The notes under the pieces were generated by a model, which was given only the letters and a program-made list of their open reading frames with translations, ran no database searches and was not told the origin of the DNA. The translations under genes and the position numbers were made by a program. A stretch of DNA of 64,000 bases from Candidatus Omnitrophota bacterium (GTDB lineage: Bacteria; Omnitrophota; Gorgyraeia; Gygaellales; Profunditerraquicolaceae): the NCBI GenBank assembly GCA_028712255.1, contig JAQTQJ010000002.1:86846-150845 (forward strand), in the 5' to 3' direction. Of the stretch, positions 47,077 to 56,851 are shown in pieces. Each line of letters opens with the position of its first letter. The stretch's first letter is position 1.

Positions 47077-47895
47077 ATGAATAATGTAATTTTTGAATTA
47101 AACGATGTTCATTTTTCTTACTTGGGCCAGTTTCCTGCTTTATGTGGTGTTGACATTGGAATTAATCAAGGCCAAAAGATAACTATAATCGGAGCAAACG
47201 GCTCAGGTAAGTCCACTTTTTTACAGATACTTGACGGGCTTATATTTGCTGGCAAGGGAAGGGTGGTTTTCTGTGGGGAAGAATTAAACGAAGAAATTTT
47301 TAATGATGATAAATTTTCGTTTAATTTCAGGCGAAGGGTAGGTTTTATTTTTCAGAATCCTGACGCACAGTTATTTTGTCCGACAGTAAAAGAGGATATA
47401 GTTTTTGGTCCGCTGCAGCTGGGTTTTCCAAAGGACCAAATTCAGCAACGTTTAGATAAACTTATCGATATTTTAGGGATTCAGGAATTATTAAATCGTT
47501 TGCCGCATCAATTAAGTATTGGAGAGAAGCGTAAAGTAGCTATTGCTTCTGTTTTGATAATTGAGCCGGAAATTATTATTTTAGATGAGCCGACTGCCGG
47601 CCTTGACCCGTTAACCTCCCGGCATATCATTGATTTGCTGATTGATGAGAATTCTAATGGTAAGACAATTATCACCTCGACCCATGATTTACATATTGTG
47701 GAAGAAATATCCGATATAGTTTATGTTTTTGATAGCCAAAAGAAAATTGCCGCTTTTGGGCATCCTGATGTGATTCTTCAGGATAACGCTTTGCTTCAGG
47801 CAAATAACTTAGTGCATATTCATAGCCACAGGCATAAGGATAAAATACATATTCATCCTCATTTACACCTGGAGCATCACGGAGAGGATCATTAG
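47077..47895 (+). CDS. ECF/cobalt-type ABC ATPase (CbiO/EcfA) with C-terminal His-rich tail
   Basis: GANGSGKST, LSIGEKRKVAIA, IILDEP; tail HIHSHRHKDKIHIHPHLHLEHHGEDH. Confidence 0.8.
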   Translation: MNNVIFELNDVHFSYLGQFPALCGVDIGINQGQKITIIGANGSGKSTFLQILDGLIFAGKGRVVFCGEELNEEIFNDDKFSFNFRRRVGFIFQNPDAQLFCPTVKEDIVFGPLQLGFPKDQIQQRLDKLIDILGIQELLNRLPHQLSIGEKRKVAIASVLIIEPEIIILDEPTAGLDPLTSRHIIDLLIDENSNGKTIITSTHDLHIVEEISDIVYVFDSQKKIAAFGHPDVILQDNALLQANNLVHIHSHRHKDKIHIHPHLHLEHHGEDH

Positions 47896-47899
47896 ATTT

Positions 47900-48223
47900 A
47901 TGGTAAAAGAGAAGGTTTTTTCTGTAGAGTTAAAAGGTAATCAAAAGTTTACGCGGCTTTTTGGCGATTCTTCTAAACCTAAAGGATTACGAAGTGGGTT
48001 TGTTACCTTGAAACCCAAAGAATCTGTAGGGTTACATAATACCGGATCAAGCGAAGAGGTTATTTTTATAATTACCGGAACAGCCGTAATTTATTACGGA
48101 ACAAGGAAGAGAATTAGTGTAAAGAAAAATTCGTTTATTTATATCCCGCCTAAAACACCGCATAATATTAGTAATTCAGGTAGTAAATGTTTAAAGTACG
48201 TATATATTGCTGCTAGAGCTTGA
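47900..48223 (+). CDS. cupin-domain protein
   Basis: small beta-barrel with GxxxH...YIPPKTPHNISN pattern. Confidence 0.5.
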   Translation: MVKEKVFSVELKGNQKFTRLFGDSSKPKGLRSGFVTLKPKESVGLHNTGSSEEVIFIITGTAVIYYGTRKRISVKKNSFIYIPPKTPHNISNSGSKCLKYVYIAARA

Positions 48224-48356
48224 AAAGTGGCAAAAGGGGGCGTTCCCTAGGAGGGGAAACCCTCCCTTTTTACTTTTCCAATAAATACTTGCAATATATA
48301 TCTATTAAGGTAAAATAATTTAGTTAATCTTGTTAAATGTTAGTTTTCCTATTAAG

Positions 48357-49337
48357 ATGAAGAAAGAAGCTAGCTTTATTATTGGAATATTCCTGGTTTT
48401 GGTGGTTAGCGGCTGCGTTCAACAACCGAAAAAGCTAACAAAGGTTAATATTGCCTTCCAGTCTTGGGTAGGCTATGGCCCATTTTATCTGGGGCAGGAA
48501 AAAGGATTCTTTAAGGATGAAGGAATAGATTTAATCTTTGTGGATGAACAGTCGGATGGTGGCCGTAGGGATGCCTTTAAAGCCGGCATGCTTGATTGCG
48601 AGGCTGGGACAATTGATTTGTTGGTTTCTAAAAAATCCCAAGATACGCCAATCGTAGCGGTTCTGGAAATTGACCGTTCTTTTGGCGGCGATGCCGTAGT
48701 AGTAAATAAGGAGATTAAAAACCTGGAAGATCTAATTGGGAAAAAGATAGTTTTTTCTCGAGATAATGTCGGAGAGGCATTCATCGCGTATCTTTTTTAT
48801 AAAAACGGATTATCTCTTAAGGATATTACCATTGTTTCCTGTAGCCCCGAGGATGTAGCCTCCTCTTTTTTAAACGAAGATGCGGTTGCGGTAGTTACTT
48901 GGGAGCCATGGGTTTCTAAAGCCTTGAGCAAGCCGGGTGCTTATATTTTGATTTCTAGCAAAGAAGCCCCGGGTATAATTATAGATACTCTTAATGTCAG
49001 GGAACAGTTAGTGAAAAATAATCCTGAACTGGTTAAGGCTTTGATGCGGGCGTGGTTTAGGTCTGTAGGCTATTACAAAAAACATCCTGAGGAAGCAAAT
49101 CGAATTATCGCCAAGTATTTTAATATTAGTCCTGAAGCCTACAGTAGAAGCGTTAATAGTTTGAGATGGACTGAATATAAAGAACAGATTAATTTTGGAA
49201 AATCCGGGAAATGGCAGGAGGCATTTGATATAATTACCAAGATCAAATTTGAGAACGGCAGGATTACTAAAAAGCCAGAAGCAAATAGTTCCATAAACAC
49301 TATGTTAATTCAACAAATCTATGAAAATAGCCAATAA
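48357..49337 (+). CDS. ABC-type (NMT1/SsuA/TauA-like) periplasmic substrate-binding lipoprotein
   Basis: lipobox LVVSGC; NMT1-like fold; start at ATG 48357. Confidence 0.6.
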   Translation: MKKEASFIIGIFLVLVVSGCVQQPKKLTKVNIAFQSWVGYGPFYLGQEKGFFKDEGIDLIFVDEQSDGGRRDAFKAGMLDCEAGTIDLLVSKKSQDTPIVAVLEIDRSFGGDAVVVNKEIKNLEDLIGKKIVFSRDNVGEAFIAYLFYKNGLSLKDITIVSCSPEDVASSFLNEDAVAVVTWEPWVSKALSKPGAYILISSKEAPGIIIDTLNVREQLVKNNPELVKALMRAWFRSVGYYKKHPEEANRIIAKYFNISPEAYSRSVNSLRWTEYKEQINFGKSGKWQEAFDIITKIKFENGRITKKPEANSSINTMLIQQIYENSQ

Positions 49338-51606
49338 AATATCCCTCCTTTTTTTAATTCCTACAATTGCCTTTACCTTTATTACTTCGTTAGCCATTTA
49401 TTTAATTGCCAAAAGTAACCTTCAGAGCGCGATTTACTCGCAGTTGGGGATAACCGCGGAGGAAAACGTCCGGCATATCGAAACATATTTGGAGTTAATA
49501 AAAATTTCGATAGCGCAGTTTTCAAAAAGTGTAGTTTTAGAGAATTTTCTGATAACGCTAAAAGATGCGCCTGAAGGCGATAAAGAAGCATTTGGTATAG
49601 CGATGAAACGGTTAAGGCGGACCAAAGAGGTTAATCCGGAAGTATATGAATTTTTACTTTTAGACTCAACCGGACGCATAGTTGCATCTTCTAATGAACA
49701 TAATATCGGGATAGATAAATCAGCAGATATTATGTTTACCGCTGGGCAAAAAGGTCTTTTTATTAAAGACGCCTATTATTCTGAAGAGTTAAAAGAGCGT
49801 TTAATTACTACCTCAGCGCCAATATCGGATAGCCAAACGGGAAAATTACTTGGGGTATTAGCTGCTCGCGTGAAATTATCAGGGCTGGATAAAATAGCCT
49901 TAGATACAGGTAATCTGAGTAGAACTGAGGAGGTCTATATTGTAAATAAATATGGTTATATGGTTACGCCATCTTTATTTTTAAAGGATACTTTCTTAAA
50001 ACAAAAAGTTGATGTTGTGGATGTCAAGAATCTTCTGCTCCGTCAAGGGCAAAATACTGCTAGCCTTAACAGGGCAAATGTGGTTCTTTTTTCAAGCTAC
50101 CTCGGCGTAAAAGTCCTAGGTACATATAGGTATATCCCTGAAATGCAGTGGTATGTCTTTGCGGAAATAGACGAAAAAGAGGCATTTGCGCCCTTAGTGA
50201 AATTGCGTATTCTTTTCTTGCTTATATTGTTTATTGTGCCGTTTTCTGCCTACTTATTAGAAATGTACCTTGCCAAACTCGTTACGGAACCGATCCATAA
50301 GCTGCATAAAGGAACGGAGATAATCGGAAGGGGCAACCTAGATTATAAAGTAGGTACAGATGTGGATGATGAGATTGGCCAGCTTTCCCGGGCATTTGAT
50401 ACGATGACGGTTAGGTTAAAAACCTCTACAACCTCTCTTAAAAATCTTAATCTAGAAATTATTGAACGTAAGAGAGCGCAGGAAGGGCTAAGGCAAGCTG
50501 CCGTAGAATGGCAGAGAACATTTGATTCTATGGAGGATATGATTTTCATTCAGGATAGAGATTATAATATTATTAAGGCTAATAAGAGTTTTTTAGATTT
50601 TTTTAAGCTTAAACCCGAAGATGTGGTGGGAGTAAAGTGTTTTGAATTGGTCCATCATTTAGGCCACCCTTGGCCAAATTGTCCTTTTGCAGAAACTCGC
50701 TGCGACCTAAAAGCCCACACAGAGGAGGTGGATGATCCTGGCTTAGGCGGCGTTATGCTATTGATAACTACTTCTCCGATCTTTGAAGAAAATGGCGAAT
50801 TTTTTGGGTGTGTCCATATTGCTAGAAATATTACTCGATTAAAAAAATACCAACAAGAATTGGAGGTCAAAAATAAAGAGCTGGAAAAACTCGATAAGCT
50901 CAAATCGGAGTTTGTTTCTATCGTTTCCCATGAATTACGCACTCCCCTTTCGATAACCAAAGAAGGGATCAGTTTGATTTTAGATGGGGTAGTCGGCGAT
51001 ATTAATCCTAAGCAGAACAAGATTTTGATTACCTCTAAGAATAATATTGACCGTTTGGCTAGGATTATTAATAGCCTGTTGGATATCTCTAGGATTGAAT
51101 CAGGCAAGATGGAACTAAAAAATAAGAATGTTGATCTTAAGAACTTGATTGCTAATGTTGTTGCTTTATTTGCATTGAAGGTGAAGGAGAAAGGATTGGA
51201 GCTAAGAGTTAATTTGCCACAAAATAAGGAATTGAGCTTTTATATTGATGAAGATAAACTTATTCAGGTTTTTACTAACCTAATTGATAATTCTTTTAAG
51301 TTTACCGAGAAAGGCTATATTTGTATTTCGTTGATTGAGAAAGAGGATGAGTTGGAATTTGCAGTTACTGATACTGGTATTGGTATTGCTCCGGAAAATC
51401 TTCCTAAAGTATTCAACAAATTTATGCAGTTTGGGCGCACTGCCGGAGCAGGGGAAAAGGGTACGGGCTTAGGACTTTCTATTGCTAAGGGTTTGGTTGA
51501 GTTGTACGGTGGTAGGATTTGGGTAGAAAGTGAAGTAGGCCGTGGCTCAAAATTTATTTTTACACTGCCTAAACATTTCACAGATAAAATATCGGAGGGG
51601 CTATGA
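49321..51606 (+). CDS. sensor histidine kinase: TM-Cache-like periplasmic domain-TM-HAMP-PAS-HisKA-HATPase
   Basis: H-box FVSIVSHELRTPL; N, G1, G2 boxes; PAS segment WQRTFDSMEDMIFIQD. Confidence 0.85.
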   Translation: MKIANKISLLFLIPTIAFTFITSLAIYLIAKSNLQSAIYSQLGITAEENVRHIETYLELIKISIAQFSKSVVLENFLITLKDAPEGDKEAFGIAMKRLRRTKEVNPEVYEFLLLDSTGRIVASSNEHNIGIDKSADIMFTAGQKGLFIKDAYYSEELKERLITTSAPISDSQTGKLLGVLAARVKLSGLDKIALDTGNLSRTEEVYIVNKYGYMVTPSLFLKDTFLKQKVDVVDVKNLLLRQGQNTASLNRANVVLFSSYLGVKVLGTYRYIPEMQWYVFAEIDEKEAFAPLVKLRILFLLILFIVPFSAYLLEMYLAKLVTEPIHKLHKGTEIIGRGNLDYKVGTDVDDEIGQLSRAFDTMTVRLKTSTTSLKNLNLEIIERKRAQEGLRQAAVEWQRTFDSMEDMIFIQDRDYNIIKANKSFLDFFKLKPEDVVGVKCFELVHHLGHPWPNCPFAETRCDLKAHTEEVDDPGLGGVMLLITTSPIFEENGEFFGCVHIARNITRLKKYQQELEVKNKELEKLDKLKSEFVSIVSHELRTPLSITKEGISLILDGVVGDINPKQNKILITSKNNIDRLARIINSLLDISRIESGKMELKNKNVDLKNLIANVVALFALKVKEKGLELRVNLPQNKELSFYIDEDKLIQVFTNLIDNSFKFTEKGYICISLIEKEDELEFAVTDTGIGIAPENLPKVFNKFMQFGRTAGAGEKGTGLGLSIAKGLVELYGGRIWVESEVGRGSKFIFTLPKHFTDKISEGL

Positions 51607-52001
51607 ACAAGATAAAGGTATTAGTTGTCGACGATGAAGTTGATTATTTGGCCTTAATACAGGAGCATATTGAGTCTTGGGGGTATGATGTACTTTTGGC
51701 AGAAAGCGGTAAGGAGGCTTTAGCCATAATTAAAGAAAAGAAGCCTGATATTGTGGTTTTGGATTATCTTATGCCGAATATGGACGGTACGTCAGTTTTA
51801 AAGGAAATAAGAAAATCTGATAAAGATTTATTTGTAATTATGCTTACTGCTTATGCGGATATTAACAACATAAAAGCCGCGCAGGAGTTAGGGGTAAGCG
51901 CTTTTATCCCTAAGCTGAACATTTATTCTCCGGATATACAGGCAACCTTGATGTCGGTATTGGATTTACTGCGTAATAAAATTAACGAGGGCAAGGTTTA
52001 A
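51603..52001 (+). CDS. single-domain response regulator (REC only)
   Basis: VLVVDDE...VVLDYLMPNMDG...KP. Confidence 0.75.
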   Translation: MNKIKVLVVDDEVDYLALIQEHIESWGYDVLLAESGKEALAIIKEKKPDIVVLDYLMPNMDGTSVLKEIRKSDKDLFVIMLTAYADINNIKAAQELGVSAFIPKLNIYSPDIQATLMSVLDLLRNKINEGKV

Positions 52002-52005
52002 GGTT

Positions 52006-52377
52006 ATGGATAAGAAAAAGATACTTGTTGTTGATGATGAGCCGGAACTGGTAGAGATGCTTACCATAAGGCTAGAGGCAAACGATTATCAAGTGATTAA
52101 ATCTTTTGACGGACAGGATGCCCTGGATAAGGCGCGCAAAGAAAAACCGGATTTAATTATTCTTGATCTTATGCTTCCTAAGCTTGATGGGTATAGTGTC
52201 TGCCGTCAGTTAAAATTTGATGAAAAATATAAACAGATTCCGATTATGCTTTTTACCGCCCGCACCCAGGAAACCGATATGGAATTAGGTAAAGAAGTGG
52301 GGGCGGATGCCTATATTGTTAAACCATTTGAGGCAAGTATTTTTTTAGCCAAGGTAGCTGAGCTTTTGAATAAATAG
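52006..52377 (+). CDS. single-domain response regulator (REC only)
   Basis: ILVVDDEPE...IILDLMLPKLDG...KP. Confidence 0.75.
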   Translation: MDKKKILVVDDEPELVEMLTIRLEANDYQVIKSFDGQDALDKARKEKPDLIILDLMLPKLDGYSVCRQLKFDEKYKQIPIMLFTARTQETDMELGKEVGADAYIVKPFEASIFLAKVAELLNK

Positions 52378-52390
52378 TTTTAATTTGTAC

Positions 52391-52479
52391 GTCATTCTGA
52401 GCCCGCCATCAATTTAGTGGCGGGCGAAGAATCTAAAAACAAGATCCTTCCCTTTCGCTCCGCTCAAGGTCAGGATGAC
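52391..52479. repeat. nested palindromic element (mixed family; internal hairpin CCCGCCATCAATTTAGTGGCGGG near-identical to the one in the GIY-YIG-bearing copy)
   Basis: GTCATTCTGAG-hairpin-CGAAGAATCT...AGATCCTTC...TCAGGATGAC. Confidence 0.6.
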
Positions 52480-52521
52480 TAAGAATAGTATTTTATAATG
52501 GTTTCATAGGGAGGTGACCAG

Positions 52522-52902
52522 ATGCAGAAAAAAATTCTGATTGTTGATGATGAACATAGCTTAGTGGATTTTGTACGACTGAGACTTGAAGCAAATAATT
52601 ATCAGGTGGTTTCTGCTGCTGATGGAGAGGAGGCGCTTAGGGTTTTTGCTAAAGAAAAACCGGATTTGGTGTTGTTGGATATTCTAATGCCAAAGATAGA
52701 TGGTTTTAAAGTGTGCCAAGTACTCAAAAAAGATCCATCTAGCTCTAGTATCCCCATAATTATGCTTACCGCTAAAGACCGCACGGATGACATAAAAAAA
52801 GCTCATGAATCAGGGGCGGATGCTTATATTATTAAGCCTTTTGATGCCTCCACTCTACTTCTTGATATTAAAGATCAGTTGACTAAGGTAAAGAAAGGTT
52901 AG
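52522..52902 (+). CDS. single-domain response regulator (REC only)
   Basis: ILIVDDEHS...VLLDILMPKIDG...KP. Confidence 0.75.
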   Translation: MQKKILIVDDEHSLVDFVRLRLEANNYQVVSAADGEEALRVFAKEKPDLVLLDILMPKIDGFKVCQVLKKDPSSSSIPIIMLTAKDRTDDIKKAHESGADAYIIKPFDASTLLLDIKDQLTKVKKG

Positions 52903-52911
52903 TTATTAACA

Positions 52912-54237
52912 ATGTATAATAAATTTCTACTCATAGGTTCTGGGCCTTCGATCTACGAAATCAAAGAGGTATTATCCAACCTTGCTTTGGAGGTGGAGAT
53001 AGCCAACGTTTATAATGAAATAACTCCAAGGTTAAGAAAGGCACAGATAGTTATTTTTGATAAAGATTCCTACCTATCGAATCCCCGCTTGCTAAAGAAT
53101 ATTCTTAATACCCTTGTCCGATCCAAAAAAGATTTTGTGGTATTGTCGAGTGAAAAATCAATTTCAGCTGTCCTTGCGGCTAAAGCAGCGGGCGCCTCAG
53201 ATTATATCCTTAAGCCTTATAATGTGCGTGAAGTAAATCTCAGGCTAAGCGCGATCTTGAACAATAAAAAAATAATTTCTTGTGTCGGCGGCGGGACAGG
53301 GTTATTTAACCTTCTTTTGGGTATTAAGAGTTTGCCGGCTATTCTGCCTATTTCTATTGTTAGTACAACTGATGATGGAGGCTCATCCGGTAGATTGCGG
53401 GATTCTTTTGGAATCTTGCCTCCTGGAGATATACGCCGGAGCTTAGTTGCCCTTTCCAACGCGCCCGAGATAATGAATAAAATTATCCAGTATAGGTTTA
53501 GCAAGGGGGAGGGTTTTAGGGGGCATAGTTTTGGCAACCTTCTCTTAACTGTGCTCAGTGACATTGAAGGCTCGATGTCCAATGCGACAAGAGGCGTAGG
53601 AGATATACTCAACATTAACGGCATAGTCTATCCTATTGCTTCTACAGAATCTATTTTGTATGCTAAGTTTGAAGATGGGAGTATGGTTAAGGGCGAGAAT
53701 AATATTGATCTGTGTAAAGGCCGCTCGCCTGAATTACGTATAAAGAAATGCTGGCATAAACCGCTTCCAAAATGCGACATCAATGCCTATTCCGCTATTA
53801 TTAATTCCGATATTGTTACTATAGGCCCTGGCGATCTTTATACCAGCGTTATAACTAACCTTTTAATCAAAGATATTCGCCAGGCAATAGTTAAGAGCCG
53901 GGCGAAAAAGATTTATATTTGTAATTTAATGACTAAACCGGGAGAGACCTTTGGTTATGATGCTTTTGACCATATTAGCCAAATCCTGCGCTATTTAGAG
54001 AAAGATTGCCTTGATTATATTATTCTTGCTGACAATAGTAAACTACACACAGAGGCACTTCTTAAGTACGCCAAGAAGGGGCAGTTTCCGGTTCAGATAG
54101 GAAATTTGGCTAAGATCAGAAAGCTTACCAGGGCTAGTATTATAATTACCGATTTATCTGATGAGCAGGAGTTGATTCGCCATGATGCCCAGAAGATAAG
54201 AAACCAAATTGCCAAGATTATTAACGGGAGAGCTTAA
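52912..54237 (+). CDS. fusion: degenerate receiver-like domain + YvcK/CofD-family (UPF0052) domain
   Basis: N-terminal ~115 aa REC-like (KP present, acidic DD pocket replaced by GSG); C-terminal SCVGGGTGLFNLLLG...TDDGGSSGRLR is the YvcK/CofD signature. Confidence 0.6.
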   Translation: MYNKFLLIGSGPSIYEIKEVLSNLALEVEIANVYNEITPRLRKAQIVIFDKDSYLSNPRLLKNILNTLVRSKKDFVVLSSEKSISAVLAAKAAGASDYILKPYNVREVNLRLSAILNNKKIISCVGGGTGLFNLLLGIKSLPAILPISIVSTTDDGGSSGRLRDSFGILPPGDIRRSLVALSNAPEIMNKIIQYRFSKGEGFRGHSFGNLLLTVLSDIEGSMSNATRGVGDILNINGIVYPIASTESILYAKFEDGSMVKGENNIDLCKGRSPELRIKKCWHKPLPKCDINAYSAIINSDIVTIGPGDLYTSVITNLLIKDIRQAIVKSRAKKIYICNLMTKPGETFGYDAFDHISQILRYLEKDCLDYIILADNSKLHTEALLKYAKKGQFPVQIGNLAKIRKLTRASIIITDLSDEQELIRHDAQKIRNQIAKIINGRA

Positions 54238-54239
54238 TT

Positions 54240-55622
54240 ATGAATGATTCGCATATTTTGGTTATTGATGACGATAAAGAAGCAACAGCTTTGATTTCCG
54301 TAAGACTAAAACGCCATGGTTTCCAAGTATCTGTCGTCAATATTCCGGAGGAGGCGATTGAATTCCTAAAGAAAGATGTGCCTGATCTTGTAATTCTTGA
54401 TTTAGTAATGCCAGGGATAGACGGTTATGAAATTTTACGTAAAATCCGGCTTGATGAAACTACTAAAGCAGTTCCTGTTATAGTGCTTACCGCAAAATCG
54501 GACCAATCGGACAGGGTGAATGCGTTTAATATGGGCGCGCAGGATTATATTACCAAGCCTTACGAGCCAGAGGAGTTTTTGGCAAGGATTAAAGCCGCGC
54601 TAAGAAGGGTAAATCATGAGGTGGTTACGAAGAAAATTAAGAATGTATTGATTACCGGAGGCGCAGGATTTATTGGCTCGGCTTTGGCAAGGCGGCTTCT
54701 GGCCGAAGAATATAAAATAACCGTTATCGATGATTTTTCTACCGGAAGCAGAGAAAATATTCAGGATATGCTTAATAATAAGAATTTTAATCTGATAGTC
54801 GGCTCAATAACCGACGAGACGATATTGAGCAAGGCGATAGAAGAGAGTGATTTAATTTATCATTTGGCCGCCACTGTTGGGGTTAAAAATGTGATTGAGA
54901 AGCCGCTGGATACCGTTATCTATGATACTATCGGTACCAGTATTATCTTAAAATATGCTTCATCAAAAGGCGTAAAGGTGGTTTTAACATCGACTTCAGA
55001 AGTATATGGCAAATCTAATAAGTATCCTTTTAAAGAAGATGATGATGTTGTGATTGGGCCTCCTGACGTGAACAGATGGAGTTATGCCTGTTCGAAATTA
55101 CTGGATGAATTTTTTGCTATTGGATATTATCGTGAAAGAGGGCTGCCGGTTGTAATTGTCAGGTTTTTTAATATAGTCGGCCCCAGGCAGGTGGGCCGTT
55201 ACGGGATGGTTATCCCGAGGTTTTTTAAGAGCGCCTTACAAAATCAGCCTATCTATGTATATGGAAATGGGAAACAGTCTCGGTGTTTTACTTATATTGA
55301 TGACGCTATAAATATAATACTGAAACTTGCACAGAATCAACAGGCTGTTGGCCAGGTTATTAATCTTGGCTCCAATAACCTGATTTCAATTAAGGATCTG
55401 GCTTGTGAAATAAAGCGCATTACTAAAAGTTCTTCTAAAATAGTCTTTGAGCCGTATCAGAAATATTACGGCAACAGGTTTGAGGATATAAAAAAGAGGA
55501 TTCCGGACTTAACTAAATTAAAGAAGATTTCCGGAGTTACCCCTGAGACTACGATACCGCAGATACTTAAGAAGATGAAAGATTATTTTGAAGAGAACCC
55601 GAAAGAGCTGGATAGAATATAG
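54240..55622 (+). CDS. fusion: response-regulator receiver + NAD-dependent sugar epimerase/dehydratase (extended SDR, UDP-glucuronate decarboxylase-like)
   Basis: REC with ILVIDDD, VILDLVMPGIDG, KP; SDR with GGAGFIGS Rossmann motif and catalytic YACSK. Confidence 0.75.
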   Translation: MNDSHILVIDDDKEATALISVRLKRHGFQVSVVNIPEEAIEFLKKDVPDLVILDLVMPGIDGYEILRKIRLDETTKAVPVIVLTAKSDQSDRVNAFNMGAQDYITKPYEPEEFLARIKAALRRVNHEVVTKKIKNVLITGGAGFIGSALARRLLAEEYKITVIDDFSTGSRENIQDMLNNKNFNLIVGSITDETILSKAIEESDLIYHLAATVGVKNVIEKPLDTVIYDTIGTSIILKYASSKGVKVVLTSTSEVYGKSNKYPFKEDDDVVIGPPDVNRWSYACSKLLDEFFAIGYYRERGLPVVIVRFFNIVGPRQVGRYGMVIPRFFKSALQNQPIYVYGNGKQSRCFTYIDDAINIILKLAQNQQAVGQVINLGSNNLISIKDLACEIKRITKSSSKIVFEPYQKYYGNRFEDIKKRIPDLTKLKKISGVTPETTIPQILKKMKDYFEENPKELDRI

Positions 55623-55637
55623 AACGAAAGGAGCACA

Positions 55638-56021
55638 ATGGAAAAGAAAAAAATATTGCTGGTGGATGATGAGGTAGATTTTTTGCAGTTATTAAAACTT
55701 AGATTAGAGGCCAATGACTATAACGTTATTACTGCGATGAATGGTAAGGAGGCTTTGGAAAAATTTAAACGGGAAAAGCCGGACATGCTTATTCTTGACG
55801 TAATGATGCCGGAAATAAATGGCCTTGAAGTTTTAAGGGAAATAAGAAAAGATGACCAGAAAATACCTATATTTATAATTACGGCATTCAGTAATGAAGA
55901 AAGATTTAAAGAAGCTAATCAATTTAATGCCTCTGGGTTCATTATGAAGACCAGCGATCTACAAACTGAGATAGATAAGATAAGCAATACTTTGGGGATA
56001 GCGCCAAAGCATAAAAAATGA
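55638..56021 (+). CDS. single-domain response regulator (REC only)
   Basis: ILLVDDEVD...LILDVMMPEINGLE. Confidence 0.75.
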   Translation: MEKKKILLVDDEVDFLQLLKLRLEANDYNVITAMNGKEALEKFKREKPDMLILDVMMPEINGLEVLREIRKDDQKIPIFIITAFSNEERFKEANQFNASGFIMKTSDLQTEIDKISNTLGIAPKHKK

Positions 56022-56851
56022 GAAAATGTATCATTTTTATTTTTACGCTGATATTTATCGCGCCTTTGATTGTTTACGCATCCGGCGAATCTCCGACTGA
56101 ACAAATGTTAAGGACAGTTTTACCTGCGCCAAGCATTGTAAAAGAGCAAGTAGAGGCCAAGGGAGAGATTCTAGTTGATTCTTATTATGAACCTAGCAAG
56201 GTAGTGCAGGGGTCCCGTCCCGGAAGGTGGAGGGAGATTACTAACCGGATAGGCTACAGATACAAGAATGTTCAGGGATATCTTACTATGTCGCAATGGA
56301 ATCGGTTTAGCGTGAATAACTATACGGCGTATTTGGGCACTTATCTTAGTTTTCCGAATTCCTACGCGCATGTCGAAGCAGGCTGGGGCTGGGATGTTAC
56401 CTATATGTATAAATTTCAATCTATCATTGAATACGGCCATCGGATTAAAAACGGCCTCTATTGGCAGGCGGGATATAATTTCCGCAATTACGCTATTAAT
56501 GATACTCATATGGTTTATCCGGGGTTGATATATTATTTTGGGGATAATTATGTCAGCGTAGATTATGGCATGACTCTTACTGAGAGCCGAGGTGTAGCGC
56601 ATTTTGGTACAGTAAAAGGAAATTTTGCGTTGGGTAAACGTTTTTCTCTGTTGTTAGGAGCGGCTGCAGGCAGGCGGCTTTATGACATTTTTGAGCTGCC
56701 GGCATATGATCAGTTTGGTTATATAGTTTTTACCGGGCTCAACTTCAATATTTGCTCTTGGGCTACCGCTAGGATTGGCTATTCTTACGGGACAGAGAAA
56801 CCCGATTTTATTAAGCGCAGCATCAATACTTCTATATCACTTAAATTTTAA
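56018..56851 (+). CDS. secreted putative outer-membrane beta-barrel protein (YaiO-like)
   Basis: signal peptide, alternating aromatic beta-strand pattern, C-terminal ...ISLKF. Confidence 0.45.
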   Translation: MRKCIIFIFTLIFIAPLIVYASGESPTEQMLRTVLPAPSIVKEQVEAKGEILVDSYYEPSKVVQGSRPGRWREITNRIGYRYKNVQGYLTMSQWNRFSVNNYTAYLGTYLSFPNSYAHVEAGWGWDVTYMYKFQSIIEYGHRIKNGLYWQAGYNFRNYAINDTHMVYPGLIYYFGDNYVSVDYGMTLTESRGVAHFGTVKGNFALGKRFSLLLGAAAGRRLYDIFELPAYDQFGYIVFTGLNFNICSWATARIGYSYGTEKPDFIKRSINTSISLKF

